Positions 50,201-62,900 of a stretch of 64,000 nt of DNA are shown here, piece after piece. The notes below the pieces were generated by a model. It worked only from the letters and a program-made list of their open reading frames with translations. It ran no database searches and was not told the DNA's origin. The DNA lies in assembly GCA_000708835.1 (NCBI GenBank), contig DF236974.1:236626-300625 (forward strand), given 5' to 3'. Source of the DNA: Klebsormidium nitens (Eukaryota; Plantae; Klebsormidiophyceae). Position 1 is the first letter of the stretch; each line of letters begins with the position of its first letter. Made by a program: the position numbers and the translations under genes.

Positions 50201-51643
50201 GAGAGCGCTGACCATCCGAAGCTGCGGCAACGACAGGCACCGCTTTGTGCAAGGATCGGCTCTCAGGTAAGCACGCAGTATAATCATGTGACGTCATCGA
50301 AGATGCTGTACGATTTTCTGTGCGAATCTATGCGCATTCTAAACCGCTGATAGATTCTCGAACCTTTCCCGGGGATGTGACAGCATTATGATTCAGCTCG
50401 CACGTTCTGTTGCAAGAGCCGGAAAGGTTCGATCAGTCGGCCTCTACTCTTAACTTTGGACGTCGCGCTTAATAAAGCTTCATCGTTTCTGCTTCGGAAA
50501 ATGCTTTCGGGATACTGTGCCAAAAGACGTCGTCCGTTTAGAAGCTGACTTGTTCGGCAATCTTGCAAGTTTCGAAAGGCGTCAACTAAAACTTAAAGAG
50601 GTACTGAGCCTCTCGTCATGTTGCCGTCTTTCAAAGACCAATCTTCAGGGCCTCCTTTCCCAAAGTTCTAGCTCGGAAGGGTTCAAAAGGTGGCGCTCCC
50701 CTTTTCTGGACAGTCTAACATAAGAACGCCGAATTTCTCTCTGGCTGAACGAAGACGTCAGGCTTGACTGCAAGCGGAGGTTTAGTTTTCGTCAACCTGA
50801 CCATATTAAATTTTCTGGAATACCATGACGAGTAGACCGCTCTTCGCCTCTCCTCTGACGTGACACGTGTGAATTTCATGCAGCTACACGTGGCGCGACG
50901 TCGGCTCCAGCTACGCTCCGTCCGACCTCCTTGCGGCGACGCTTCTGGCCCAACTCGAACTCAGCGTTCCGATCACCGCAAAACGGGGACTCCTTTGGCA
51001 CCGGTACCGAGACTCTCTACGAGATTGGGCAGATGCAAATAGCGTCGTTCTCCCCCGGGTGCCGACGGTATGCCAACCTGCGTATCATATCTTCGCGGTC
51101 CTTATGCCCAGCCCGCAAGCAGCGACCGGTGAGTCTTCGGTTAGCGTTGTCTAACCCTGCTTAAACTTCTGTCGCAACGGGCATCGAGTAGGAAAAAGAA
51201 AGCGATCGAAAATGTTGAACCGAGCTCGTCGAATCTTTTTTCACACCCGCTCTCCAATTGGCTGTTGCGTCACCACCGAAGGTCTTCGAGGCATACAGCT
51301 TTTAGAGGAACCTCATCTGCACAGCATCACGGTTAAGTCTGTAAGTCCATGGAGAAGACGAACTCCTGAAGACTTTTCTTTGTGATTAAAAGCTTCAACT
51401 TTCCTCTCTCCTCACCCCTCAGGTTTGACAGCTCACTTGAAAGCCGAAGGCATCAAGGGCGCCGCACACTACCAACCCCTCCACCTATCCAAGGAAGGCA
51501 GCCGCGTTCAATACGGTCTGTCAGCGCATTGCCCTAATTCCGTTTTCATAAGTCGGTGTATTCTGCGACTGCCCCTCTTCACAGCTCTATGTTTAAGTGA
51601 CCAAGACCGGGTCGTCGATGCAGTCAGAGCCTATAAGTGTTAG
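47273..51643 (+). CDS. wecE: dTDP-4-amino-4,6-dideoxygalactose transaminase-like (WecE/RffA; DegT/DnrJ/EryC1/StrS PLP aminotransferase) with an N-terminal extension
   Basis: Exons 47273-47759, 48210-48338, 49106-49236, 49552-49688, 50081-50266, 50884-51128, 51423-51643. VPFHQ..MTSGKISG; LLTTSCTHALELMALLL..PGDEVIIPSFTFCSTA; VVMHYAGVACDMD; VLEDAAH; SFHETKNITCGEGGAL (PLP Lys); YTWRDVGSSY; HYQPLH; LRLPLF follow E. coli WecE colinearly as recalled. The start codon is uncertain. Confidence 0.92.
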
Positions 51644-52476
51644 TGTCCCGCCTCCGTTTTTCTGTAAGTACGTGTAGAGATTCCGGATTGATGTAAGATC
51701 CAAGGCCCTCCCAGCAACTGTAGCAGACAGACGTTTGGGACTCACTTCGCAGACTTACAGGATTTGAAGCAACAAGTCGAGGTGTAGAAGCGACTTCTTG
51801 TGGCACACAAACTTGCAGATGCTAAGCAAGACCGAAGCACTCGTGATGAACCTGCTAAGGCTAGTACAGCAAGTTGAAGGTATTCGAAGTTAGTCGGATC
51901 GATAAGGTCTTTGAAAGGTTTGCAAGAACGGGCTAGTTGAAACCTGGTGCCAGATCGATATCGTTGTAGGGTATGAACATGCTTTGTCTGATATATATGT
52001 ATGTTATGAACATGCTGGTGTAGAGACAGCTTTGGTTGCAGGGCATCCCAATCTAGCGCTTCGAGTAAGAAATCATGGTTAGAGTCCAGCCCAGCTTGGC
52101 GGTTGCTTGGATGGTTTCGATGCACGCCAATCATGCAGTACTCATCATTGACATGCTGGACAACTTGTTCAATTGTTCAACAACTGAACAGCCAAATTGT
52201 GTCGACATTTTTAGATCTCATGCATATGTGCATGGCCGGCGAGGTCCAGCCGTGATCCTGCGCCGAGGTCAAGCGCAAAGGTGGTGGCCCTCGCAGTGCC
52301 CCGGCCGGTATGAATTGGCACCTTATTAAAAAGGGGGGTTCGAGTACGTTTTGCGTATAGTAGCTTTAATTGACGGTTCTTGGTCTATCGAAGTAATTGC
52401 CGCACGATCCTAGCGTTGACCGTACTACAGAAGAAGCAAACATTGGGTTCGATCTAGCTGACTACTGGGCTATAAG

Positions 52477-55400
52477 CTAGGCGACGCTCCCCGCCACGAT
52501 GCCGTCCTCGGGAAACGTGCACTTCCGGCTGCATAGATACTCGAGCAGCTGCGCAAGATCGCGCTTCGCTGCCCCGGTCTCCCACTCGCTTCTCCCGGGC
52601 TCTTTCAGCCAGACGGTAGCGGCGCCGCGCCAGTCGCCGAAGCGCACAAGGAGCCCGGTTGCCGCGTGCGCGACTTCCACATGCCACACCGAATCGGTGC
52701 TGAGGGTTTCGCCGGCCATCGGCGTGATCAGAGTTAGGTCGTACTTGAAGGCGGGGTGGTCCGTGGGAACCAGGAGGATGAGATTCCCGAGCGTGAAGGT
52801 CGCCCTGAGGCGGTAGAGGAGCATCGCGGATGAGATGGCCGCGCAGAGGGGCACCTCAGTCGCGCTCCCCGAGCCCTACAAGACGAACGGAAAGGTGAAG
52901 ATCACCGCTTGATGCCGCCTTTGTTTCAGCGGTTTCGATGACATGAAAGGTAGTCAAACGCTGAGCTCACATAAGAGGACGTTCTGACGATCTACTTGCC
53001 AAATGTAAGGAAGACGCTAAGAGCACCAAGAATTACCCGAATTCGTTCGGTCCTATTCTCCAACTTCATCACCGAAGGATGTGTCGTGTCTCAGAAAATT
53101 CAGAAGCCATCTGAAGTTACAACTTTGAAGGGATATGCAACGGGCGACAGCTGCATTTTTTCGTAATTACCTCCCCCGCTTCCTTCTCTTTTCCAGAGGC
53201 CGAGGCCTCCGTCTTTGCTTTTTTTGGAGGCGCTCTCTTTGCACGCTTCTCCTTGGGGTTCGATGGTGATCTTGCCGGTGATTGGGTTGAACGAGACAGG
53301 TAGGGCCTCGCAACCACTGATCACGGCGCTGCAGCTGCAGAAAAAGCAAGTCACGTTGATTCAAGGCCATGCGACAATCCGATCAGTCGTCGAACTGAGG
53401 CTCTCAAGGTTACAGTGGCTGCAGACGTTTTCGAAGCGTCCACTTTACCCGCAAGTCCAAGGTACCAACGCAACTGCTGGAGTGCCATCAAACGTTCAAA
53501 GAGGAAATGTCCTAGTCCGCTGAGTCTCTACGCGCGTTGCTGACGTCAAGTCCATTGCAGCTTGCAGTTACTTGCCTGCCTCTCTTTCCGGAGGCCTTCC
53601 ACGGTGCCTTTGCAATGGCTCCGATCTCCTCGTCGTCAACTGGATCCATGCCGGCAAAGACGGGGTCGACCGGGTATTTTGCGCCCTGCAAGATTTTTAC
53701 TGAGATCTCTTAAAATCCACTTACTTCATGTTCTACTCGTGAGACATCAGTGCTGCAGATGGCAATGTCACTGATTAGAAGATGACGTGCTTCTCCTCTA
53801 AGCAATTAGAGCTTTCAAATCGCACATTCGCACGTCTGTCAAGTCCGTCAGGCGGCCGTATTCTTTTGATGACGAGCCTCTACGCTTCTGTTCTAGGTTT
53901 TGCATTCTGCTTTCAGATTCCGCAAACACTACCAGACAGAAAGTGGAAATCAAATGAGCGACGCAGAGGGTTTCACCTCAAAGACGGACGGCCAATCCTG
54001 GAGCAGGGCGGGGTCCACTGTACCGGCAGACACGCCGCAGGGGTGACGACACTCGGTGGACAGCAGGAGCGCGAGCAGCGCGGCCGCGTCGCTGCGGAAC
54101 GCGTCCTTCCAAGGCCCCTTTGCGTCCGCTACCTACAAATAGAGCGGTTTTAATACTTTCACAAGCACTGTCGTCATGATGTCAATCGTTGCTTCATCTG
54201 AAATTGAGGATGAAACCGGAAACAACGGATCAAGGTTTGCAACTTGAGAATTTATCCGAAGCTTTTCACGTTTCTTTCTGGTTATTGCTGGTTCATTTCA
54301 TTGAAACTCCGGTTCTGTGTTTCTGACAAGCTTCCAGGGGGCTCACGATCTCATATCCGCAAGGCTGTGAAACGAGTCCCAACGGAGTCTCGAAAATACG
54401 ACGTTCCGATCGCAGGAAGAAGAGCACGAAAGTTCGATATTTCTCCTATCATTCCCCTTTTCATTCCTGACTTCTTTCTGCTGTTTGGGAACAATTCGTT
54501 GAAGAGTTTAACAATATTGAAGGCACTCACATTGAAAATGAAAGTGGCGCTCCATTCCCCCACGCTCACGCGGCCGCCGCTGAGCGCATGTTCCAGCGTA
54601 AACCCCCAGATGCACTTGCACCCGTCACCTCTCTCCACTTTCAGCTTCGGAAACAGGCAGCGCATGCGGTAGAGGGCCTGAGCGGCGGAGAGCACGTGGC
54701 CGAAGCTCGACTCAGGGCTGGATTTATCTCGGAAGTCCACCTTCCCCAGTGTGACCAGACCCGTATCCCACTTGAAAAGGCATGACTCGCTGAAGGAGCG
54801 TCCGTCGTCGTTGGGAGCGGGACGCCAGAGGCGCTTGAAATCGGACAGGCGCGCTTCGTCCGCCTTAGAGTGGATCAAGCTGGCGGACTTGTCGTTCAGG
54901 TCAACGCTGACCAGTAACCGGTTTCCCCCGGGGAACGCCCAGGAGGCACCTCGGGGCGGGAGAACCGGGGGGCGAACTAGGTATGGGAACTTGTCGCGGG
55001 GGTCGAGGTTGTCCAGAAGGTTGGCTGTAGAGCACGATTTGACGTTGGGGTTAGAAGACGCATGGTTCTCTCGGCACTGGAACATGCCTGAAGTGCTCTC
55101 AATCAGAGAGGCATGACGACATTGTGTCTCCTCTCTTTCATTCATTGAGTCAAGAACTCAAGAAAACATACATCTTTGAGATGCACACATTTAAGGTCCC
55201 AGCGAAAAATGCATGAAGGGTAGAGGAAACAGGAAGCTGATTACATTGAACCAAGAAAGGCAACCGGATCCCGCGACCTTTTCATGTGTCACGACTTGAC
55301 AAACCAGATGGCAGATGATATGAGCTTCTTGTCCTTTCCGAAAGCTTCAGGAAATCATGAGGACGGTCATCTAACACCTAAGACAATAAAGGACGGTTGT

Positions 55401-55789
55401 CTGTAGTCAAGGTCTTTAAAATAAACGGTTTCTGGTCCTGTACAGCGATTGATGGGCCTCATTCGTGTTCACTTCTTTTTCTGGATGGCAATGGAGAATT
55501 GAGTTTGTTTTTGAACCAGAGCAACTCGGACGATCGGCTAGCATTACAAAGACACGCAACAAAAGCATCACAGTTTCATTGAGGGCGCATAAATCTTACC
55601 CTTTTTAACATCAAAGCGCGTCTCAGCGTCCGGTACTGCTGACAGAAGCCATGTGCGGAACTCAATGCTTTTCATGTGGTGCTCGAGGATAGCCACCTTC
55701 TGCTTCTTCTCATTGTTGTCGCCAGGATCTCCAACGTCCTTGAGTCGCTTATTCAGAGCGATCCACTCGTGTGCTAACTTAGCAGCCAT
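52477..55789 (-). CDS. Uncharacterised protein with two homologous internal domains
   Basis: Phase-compatible exons 55789-55600, 55087-54531 and 54132-53977, a last exon about 52875-52477, and probable unresolved middle exons near 53685-53576 and 53340-53171. Confidence 0.7.
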
Positions 55790-56942
55790 GATGCAACCTC
55801 TAAGAATCTGCAAACATTATGGAGCAAGCAATTAGTAAGATCGCTCCTGTGCTCTCGTTCAAAACTGCCACTTTACCTGACAAGCAGCAGCAAATAATCT
55901 TGAGGCATGCATCTCGATGACGACAGAACCATGGCCTGACTCAGAGTCAAATGGACATTTTCTGAACATCCAACTGTCCAGGATTGTCATTGGGAATTAT
56001 ACAGTACTTTCCTGCCTGTAGCTCCGACAACCACCAGCTGAGGCACAAAGGAAAAAAGCAGCTTGCAAATACCACCATAGATCAAGCGACAGCATTCGAG
56101 CTTTCCTCTCACCATCAGCAATCGGGCGGGCAGCACTTCTAAAGTCTGCTGGTTTTCCTCATTCATTTATGGATGCCAGGAATGACAGCGCGCGGCTGCC
56201 CGCGCAGATTTTACCGGTGGTTTCGGGGGTTTTGAGGGTGGTCCGAACCGGGTTCGGACAATGGCCGGGGGTGGCGTCAAACTGTCCGAAAGTTCGAAAT
56301 TGAATGGCTCAGTGCAGTCCGTTCGCGTCGCGGGCGGCCGGCCGCGGCCGTAGCCTGGGCCCGTAGTCCGCGCTACCCTATAATGTAGCCTGATGATCGG
56401 TCGCCACCTACTATATGAGGCCTGGATACATGGATACATCGAATTTGTTCTCTGCATGACTTAAGGCGCGGCTTTATAAACGTCGGTATGCCGCGCGGCG
56501 CCGTTGAGCTTCTCAAGCATAATTGACTCATGCAGACCAAGTCTGAGATCTGAAGCACGGGGCTCAGTTAAGCACGCAACAAGGGCGCGGCAGATGTGCC
56601 TGCCCGATTACATGTGCACCGGTCATCGCCGGCATCAGCTCCATGGTGTCTAAGTGAACGGGTCAGTATCTCGAAGGACTACGACAAGCATCTACTATAT
56701 TAGATCCCTGAGTCCTCTTGGATACACTGTGCAGCGCGTTAAAGTACAAGAGATTGTGTACAGCTCGGTGACTACAGTTCTGCTGTCTCTTTCGATATGG
56801 TACAAGTTTCTCTTGAAGCAAGAAGGATATCCGAAGCGCCTCAGGCCTCATCTGCAAAACACTGCTGATTCTGTGTGACTGCAGCCACCCCTTACGCATA
56901 CAATTCTTTCAGATCAAGGTGCTCCAACTTGCTCCGTTTGGC

Positions 56943-59900
56943 TTAAGGGTCTGTTCGCAGTCGCCACCGCAGAATGGCGTTGCCTTCACCCACTGTCAGC
57001 AAGCTTGGACTTGGCTCACTTGTAAAAGCGGCGCAAAGGACGGTCCCATTTTGGCCAGAAAATGACTGCGCAGCTTCATCGAGGCTCGTGCTCCATACCT
57101 GCATTCGATGCGACTTTCATTACGAAAGGTGGACTCCCTCGAGCACTCGAATCAGTCTTAGCCGACGAGTTACGACTGGTAAGGCCGTTAAATCTGTGAA
57201 ACCGATCTTATAAATGCGCCACTCAGCAATCTGCTTCATCTTTAGTTAAACGTGAGGCTTGACAAGCTCACACAAACGGAAGCACCTCGCGCTTCATCAT
57301 CAAAGCGTACGCTGCATAAGATTGTGCAAGAGAAGGTTTGGCATCTGGTTCCTGTCGCTTTGCTCTCCTCTCTGAATGGAAAATAGAAACCTTGCTGAGT
57401 AGAACAAAGCATATTCTCGGATGTTCGCTTCTTTTCAAACAGAAACCGGATATCCTACCTTGACCAGCCGGTCGCTTCCACCGGTCGCTACGAGGGCGCC
57501 ATCCGCACTGACAGCCAGAGCTTGGCAGTCGCCCCGATGCACGTCGGGAACGCGTCCCGCCAGCTGGCCGCTCGCCACGTCATACTTCTCCAGCCTCGCT
57601 TCAGTGGTGACGGCGAAGATGAAGCGCGCGTCGGGAGAAAAGGCCAGCTTGCGGATAGTAGAGGAAGCGGGAATCACGCGAGGCGGCTGCAGCGAGAAGG
57701 ATAAGAAGTGCTAGGCGGGGCGATAAGGGGAGGTGTGCTGAAGTGACAAATGGGAAGCTCCGCTCGTGCCACAATGTTCCTGATTAAAATACTTACGGAC
57801 ATATTGCGTCAGATTAGCTTTGCTTGAAGGACGTTTGTACTACGTATGCGCCCAGTTGTGCGATTTGCGGCTTTCGCGGAAGGCCAAAATAGGGCTCAGA
57901 CAGCCTGATGGACGCATTCATACTTAAATCCAGTGCTGCAACTCTACACGCCAAGACCCGGTTGGTTTCAGCTCAAGTGCGCCTCAGGCGGATGCCCCTA
58001 GCGATTGTCCCATTGATCGATCTTTGGAACCCTCATGCCCACATCCGAGCCGTTGCCAATAGCTCCTTACAAGGAGCTAGCCGGTCCTCCCAGAGAGAGC
58101 GCTCGATAGCTGTCGCCATCTTTCAGACAGCCCGTGTGCGCCCGTGTGCGCCCTAATATCGACTTACAAGTGCATCAGCGCGTGCATCATCTGTAATAAG
58201 AAAATTCCCGAATGGCTGTGTTGGGAAACTCCTGCTTCCAATTATAGCTCTCACCTGCGCCCAATTTGAGGTATCGTACAGGACTACCGACTTCCCGTCC
58301 GGGCCTAGCGTCGCCAGCTGTCGCCCGTCCGCAGTCCCGGCCATCTCCGCGTGGCGCTTTCCCATTGGAGTCGCCAGGATCTTGGCCGGTGCATACTCCC
58401 GGGTGGCGTCATAGATGCAGAGGTTGCCCTCCGCGCCCGAAGAGACCAAGTGGTCGCCAGACCCCAGAAAAAGCTGCACAAGACCCAAGAACGGCAGCGG
58501 TTTGAGCATTTGCTTCTCGCTACAGTAACGACTGTACTATCATTAGATTAATCTCTTGTTCTACGAAGCAGAGCAACTTTTGGACGCCTCTTTCTTTCCC
58601 GGGGACCCTAGAACGATAACATGTGAAATATGCCTCATTTACGGTCACTCCTAGATCTTGGTGTCTGAAGCTAAGAAAGTCGATTTGTCTCGGTCGTTCT
58701 TTCCGTATGAAACCTCATTCGAGAAACTTCAAGGAACTTTAGGCATGTTTGCGCGGCGTACCACTTGCTGGACGGGCCCTCTGTGCTGCCGCCGCTCGTG
58801 CACGAGCGTCGTGTTTTCGATGGCGAAGACGCGCACCATGCCGCTTTGGAAGCCGCACGCGATCACGCGCTCGCACGGGTGGTACGCCAGGCAGGTCGGG
58901 CAGTCACCTGTAAGCACGTGATGGACTAGTCTACCATTGGAATCTGCTGTTCATGACTGATCAATGGTACTGTTTTATGTGCGTGATTGATTGATTTTGT
59001 GTGCACCGCGCACAGGGAAACTTCGTAACCGTGTGTGCTAATCTAGAAAGAAGCAATCAACCAGGACTTCAAGACCTCCGGGGTTTCAAAAGTTTGGGAT
59101 CGACAGAGCTTCGGTCAATGTAGCTTTTTGAGGACGATTGGAAAAGTATCAGACGCACGATGCTGCAAGGTGGATCGTACTAGGGATGGCTGCTGCAAGG
59201 CCATATGCATTGCTGCAAGCATTCGCTAGCACATGAGTCTAGTAGAAAAACCCTATCTCTAAGTAATTAACCTCGCAAAGAACGCAAAGGAAGCTTTGAC
59301 AGGCCTTGGGGGAGAGAATCACTTTGACGACGTACCTGGGGCATCAAACTCGTAGAGCTGCTCCATAGAGTCCAGGGACCAGATTCGAACCGTTCGGTCC
59401 GCGGAAATTGTCGTGAATTGGGACTGCTTTGGGTCGATGGCCAAAGCGAGCACCTGTTGTGCATAAACAAACAAATCGAAGGTTGAGAAGGATGTTCTTG
59501 GTCAGCTCCGAGTTAGGGAGGAGATTGAGAGAACAACGAGGACCCATACATTGATGATCAGGTTCCGGACGCAAGCGATGCATTAGACATTCCAGTATGC
59601 TTTGCTTCTTCGTGAATGATGAGGAGAACGTTGACGAAAGACGGATATTTTTGGGAGCGGTACGTCACTTGCTGTTGCAAAAACTCCATATCATGTTTTA
59701 ATCTGTGACAAATTAATTCTTGTTGTCTGAACAGAGACAGAGCAAGCAAGACATACAGGACTTGTACAAAGCCAAACGTGATTACCTTGTCGGTGTGTGA
59801 CCTCAGCAGAGTGAGATTTCGGTGGTTGCCCACGTCTAGCACTCCCACGGAACCGCTCCTCGTGCCAAAGGCCACGCTGAGACCGTCTGCGCGGACGCTC

Positions 59901-62900
59901 GTGGCCATGACCTCACCTGCACGTCAGCAAAGGCGCTTTCGAACCTGGATTGCAGCTGTGACGAAAAGGCACAATAGCCGAGGGCGACTCCGTGAAGCTT
60001 TCTTACGAGTAATCTGAATCATTTCCTGAAAGAGATGCTTCTCCAGGGTGTTTGACCGGTAATGATGGTGTGTTCTGGAACCATATCTTCCCAGCTGCTT
60101 GCGGTTCTTATGAATAGTACAACTGCAAGAATTGCTGAGTATTGACTTCAAATGAAACCTACCCTCCAGCTCCATCTCCATGAAGAACGCGGAGAACTCG
60201 AGGGGCCACACCCGCAGCCGCCGGTCACTGGAGCCGGTGATGCAGAAACCCTCGGTGACCGCCAGACTGTTAATAGGCTCCGTATGCAACTGCAGTTAAA
60301 AATGCAAATAAATGAAGAGGTTATTAGGCAGGCACAATGGGGCCGATGTTAGGCAGGCAGAAGGGTCTCGACGTGTTCGCAAAGAAAGGGAGAGGATAAT
60401 TGCAGAAGCCGCCACACTGAGTAGGCTTTCGAGATTACAGCCAACTTAGAAGCATGCAAAACGCGTCGAAGAAGTGAGGCTGGGGGAAAAGAAAAGGCTC
60501 CGTCAATATGGATGAAGAACGTGGAGACCAAGTGGTGTGTAGAATCATGGTCTCAAGAAAGCAGGGTGTGGCTCAAGCAGCGCACGAGAAACAGTGCGCA
60601 GAGGAAAGACAAAATGCCCCACCTGGTGCACGCCCTCGACGGTCAGCCTGCCGTAGTTGACCTGGAAGACCGACCCCGACGAAGTGGAGACGTAGACCCG
60701 CTTCTCGTATAGCTGGGCGACAAAGAGGGCACAATCTCAGTACTCGAACGGGCATATCAGCTTGCGCATGTAACTCGGAGGTCGTTTCAAATTTCACGAC
60801 GAACGCTTGTTGCAAAACAGCACAACAAAACGGCAGCGATAGATTACTCTGCTCTTCTCTCCGAGCAGAATTTCATGCAGTAAGGGATTGTTTCATGCAC
60901 GAAGCTTTGCACGAGTAAACTTCTTGCATTGGTGCATTCGGATGTAGGGCCTTAGGCGAGATTGCCCTTGTTGGATCTACTAAGCTAGGTTGTGGGCTAT
61001 GTCTAGGGCCTGAAACAACCCGACCGACTTTTGACCGTCCAAAAATGCAGAAGTATCGAGAAAGATCGAGATCTTGAATATACTCAAATAAAAGATCCTT
61101 GGGAGAATAGAAACTTGCCTCGGTGAGCCCGTAACCCAGTTGAAAGGCCAGGTCGGTAAAGACAATCTCCGCGGACGATCCTGCAAAACAGCAAAGACAC
61201 CTAAAAATTCGTGGCCTAGCAAAGATCCTTGACGGTGACAGAAGGTGTCTGACCCTGAATGTACCAAAAGACCAACAAAAATGAGCTGTGAGGTTTGGGC
61301 GGTCTTTCTAGCCGCCTTTTTGCAATGTCAGAATCATGGAAAGTACGCCTTATGGATCTGTAGAGAGGCTGGAACGCCTCGGATTTGGGAGGCAGTTCCA
61401 CATCCTTTGGGCGCGGAGGAGGTGGGCCTACCTTTGTCGCTGTGCTTGAGCAGCGCCTGCTGCCGGTGCTCCGCCAGGTTGACCGAGCAGCCCTTGAGCT
61501 GCCCGTTTTTGAGGCGATATGACCTGCATCGATTTTACGAAATCAAGGAATCGCAAAGCTCCACTCCAGGTTCAGAAGAGCAAGGGTTAACCGCAGAAAA
61601 TGTTCGAAGGTACAGCAGCGCTCAGAAACCCTACTTACGATGGAACGAGACAGGAAACGGCGTAGCACTTCTATTCAAAGAGCTTGGTAATGGCTAAGGT
61701 GACATCAAGGATCGCACGGCCGTCTTCTTGCTGCTGGGACGCAATCAATCGGATTCTGACATCTTCGTGAGGGGGCTGCCGGTGGCAAGTCTCCTCATGT
61801 ACCTGATGCTGTTCCTGCCGCAGGTCATGAGGTGATTGTCCTCCAGCGGCGAGAACCGTGCAGTGAGGACGTGGTGGTCCGTGGTGTGCCGGGCCAGGAC
61901 GACTGCCCGGTTGCCTCCGGGGAGGGGCGTAATGTCCCACACGACAATCAGCTGGCGGGCTGCGGAGTGTGTCGGTGAAATGGTAGTCAGTCAGGCATTC
62001 GACTCCATGTCCCGATTGCAATCAAGCAGATACTTGTGGTTTTTGGATGAATAATCAAGCGACACAAGAGCGAAAAGTGATGCGTCTTTGGAAACTGGTG
62101 CGTGCCCATAAGAACGATGAGTGTGGTGGCTTCGTTAAGACAAGCAGTCGACTAGCAGACCGGTGGAAGCGTCAAAGTTCGATGAGGCTGCTTGTGCAAT
62201 TATCGAAAAAGGCCCCATCGAACCGCGGTCGAGCTGCACTTCTGAATGTTCGCTCACCATGCTGATCGAGGCCCACCCCCAGCAGGGCCTTCCCGTCCGC
62301 CGACACGTCCACTGACGTCAGCCCGCTGGCGTGCGTCATGAGGACGGCGAGGCACGTGCCCGAAGCGAAGTCCCAAACTCGGATGACGGCGTGCTTGCCC
62401 TCCTGAGCGGACGCCAGGAGGGATCCCTTTGCGTCGAACGCGAGCGCGAACACGGGCGCGGAGTGGCCCAGGAAGAAGCGCTGGGAACCTGCGCGCGGAC
62501 AAATGTGTGTGAGATCCATTTCATCTGTCGTACGCGACGTTCTGGCTTTCAGTGCTAACTTAGACTGAGAGATACTGAATTCGATCCTTCTGATCCTTCC
62601 GTAAACAAAAACAAACGGAATATTGTTGGAACTCCGCTCCTTCAGTCTGAACGTGAAGGCTTTGCCTCGACATCCGAAGCTGACTATAACCGGTGGCCTT
62701 TCCGTTTGAACACGCGGTCAGAAACTCAACCGCTGTAACGAGTATCATCGTGGCTCTTTTGTAAACGAGCACCTCACCTGTGGCTGGATCCATTGCAATG
62801 ATGGTGCTGGAGCAGGGGAAGACCACGGCGGAGCCATCTGGTGAGTACAGCACGTTGCCCGTCCGCTGACCCGAGAAGCCGACCACCTGTACAGAAAAGC

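Noticed and set aside
51060-51130. Suspected frameshift or alternative GTATGC donor in WecE exon 6
   Set aside because: Careful reading gives a continuous frame (LPRVPTVCQPAYHIF) to the gtgag donor at 51129.
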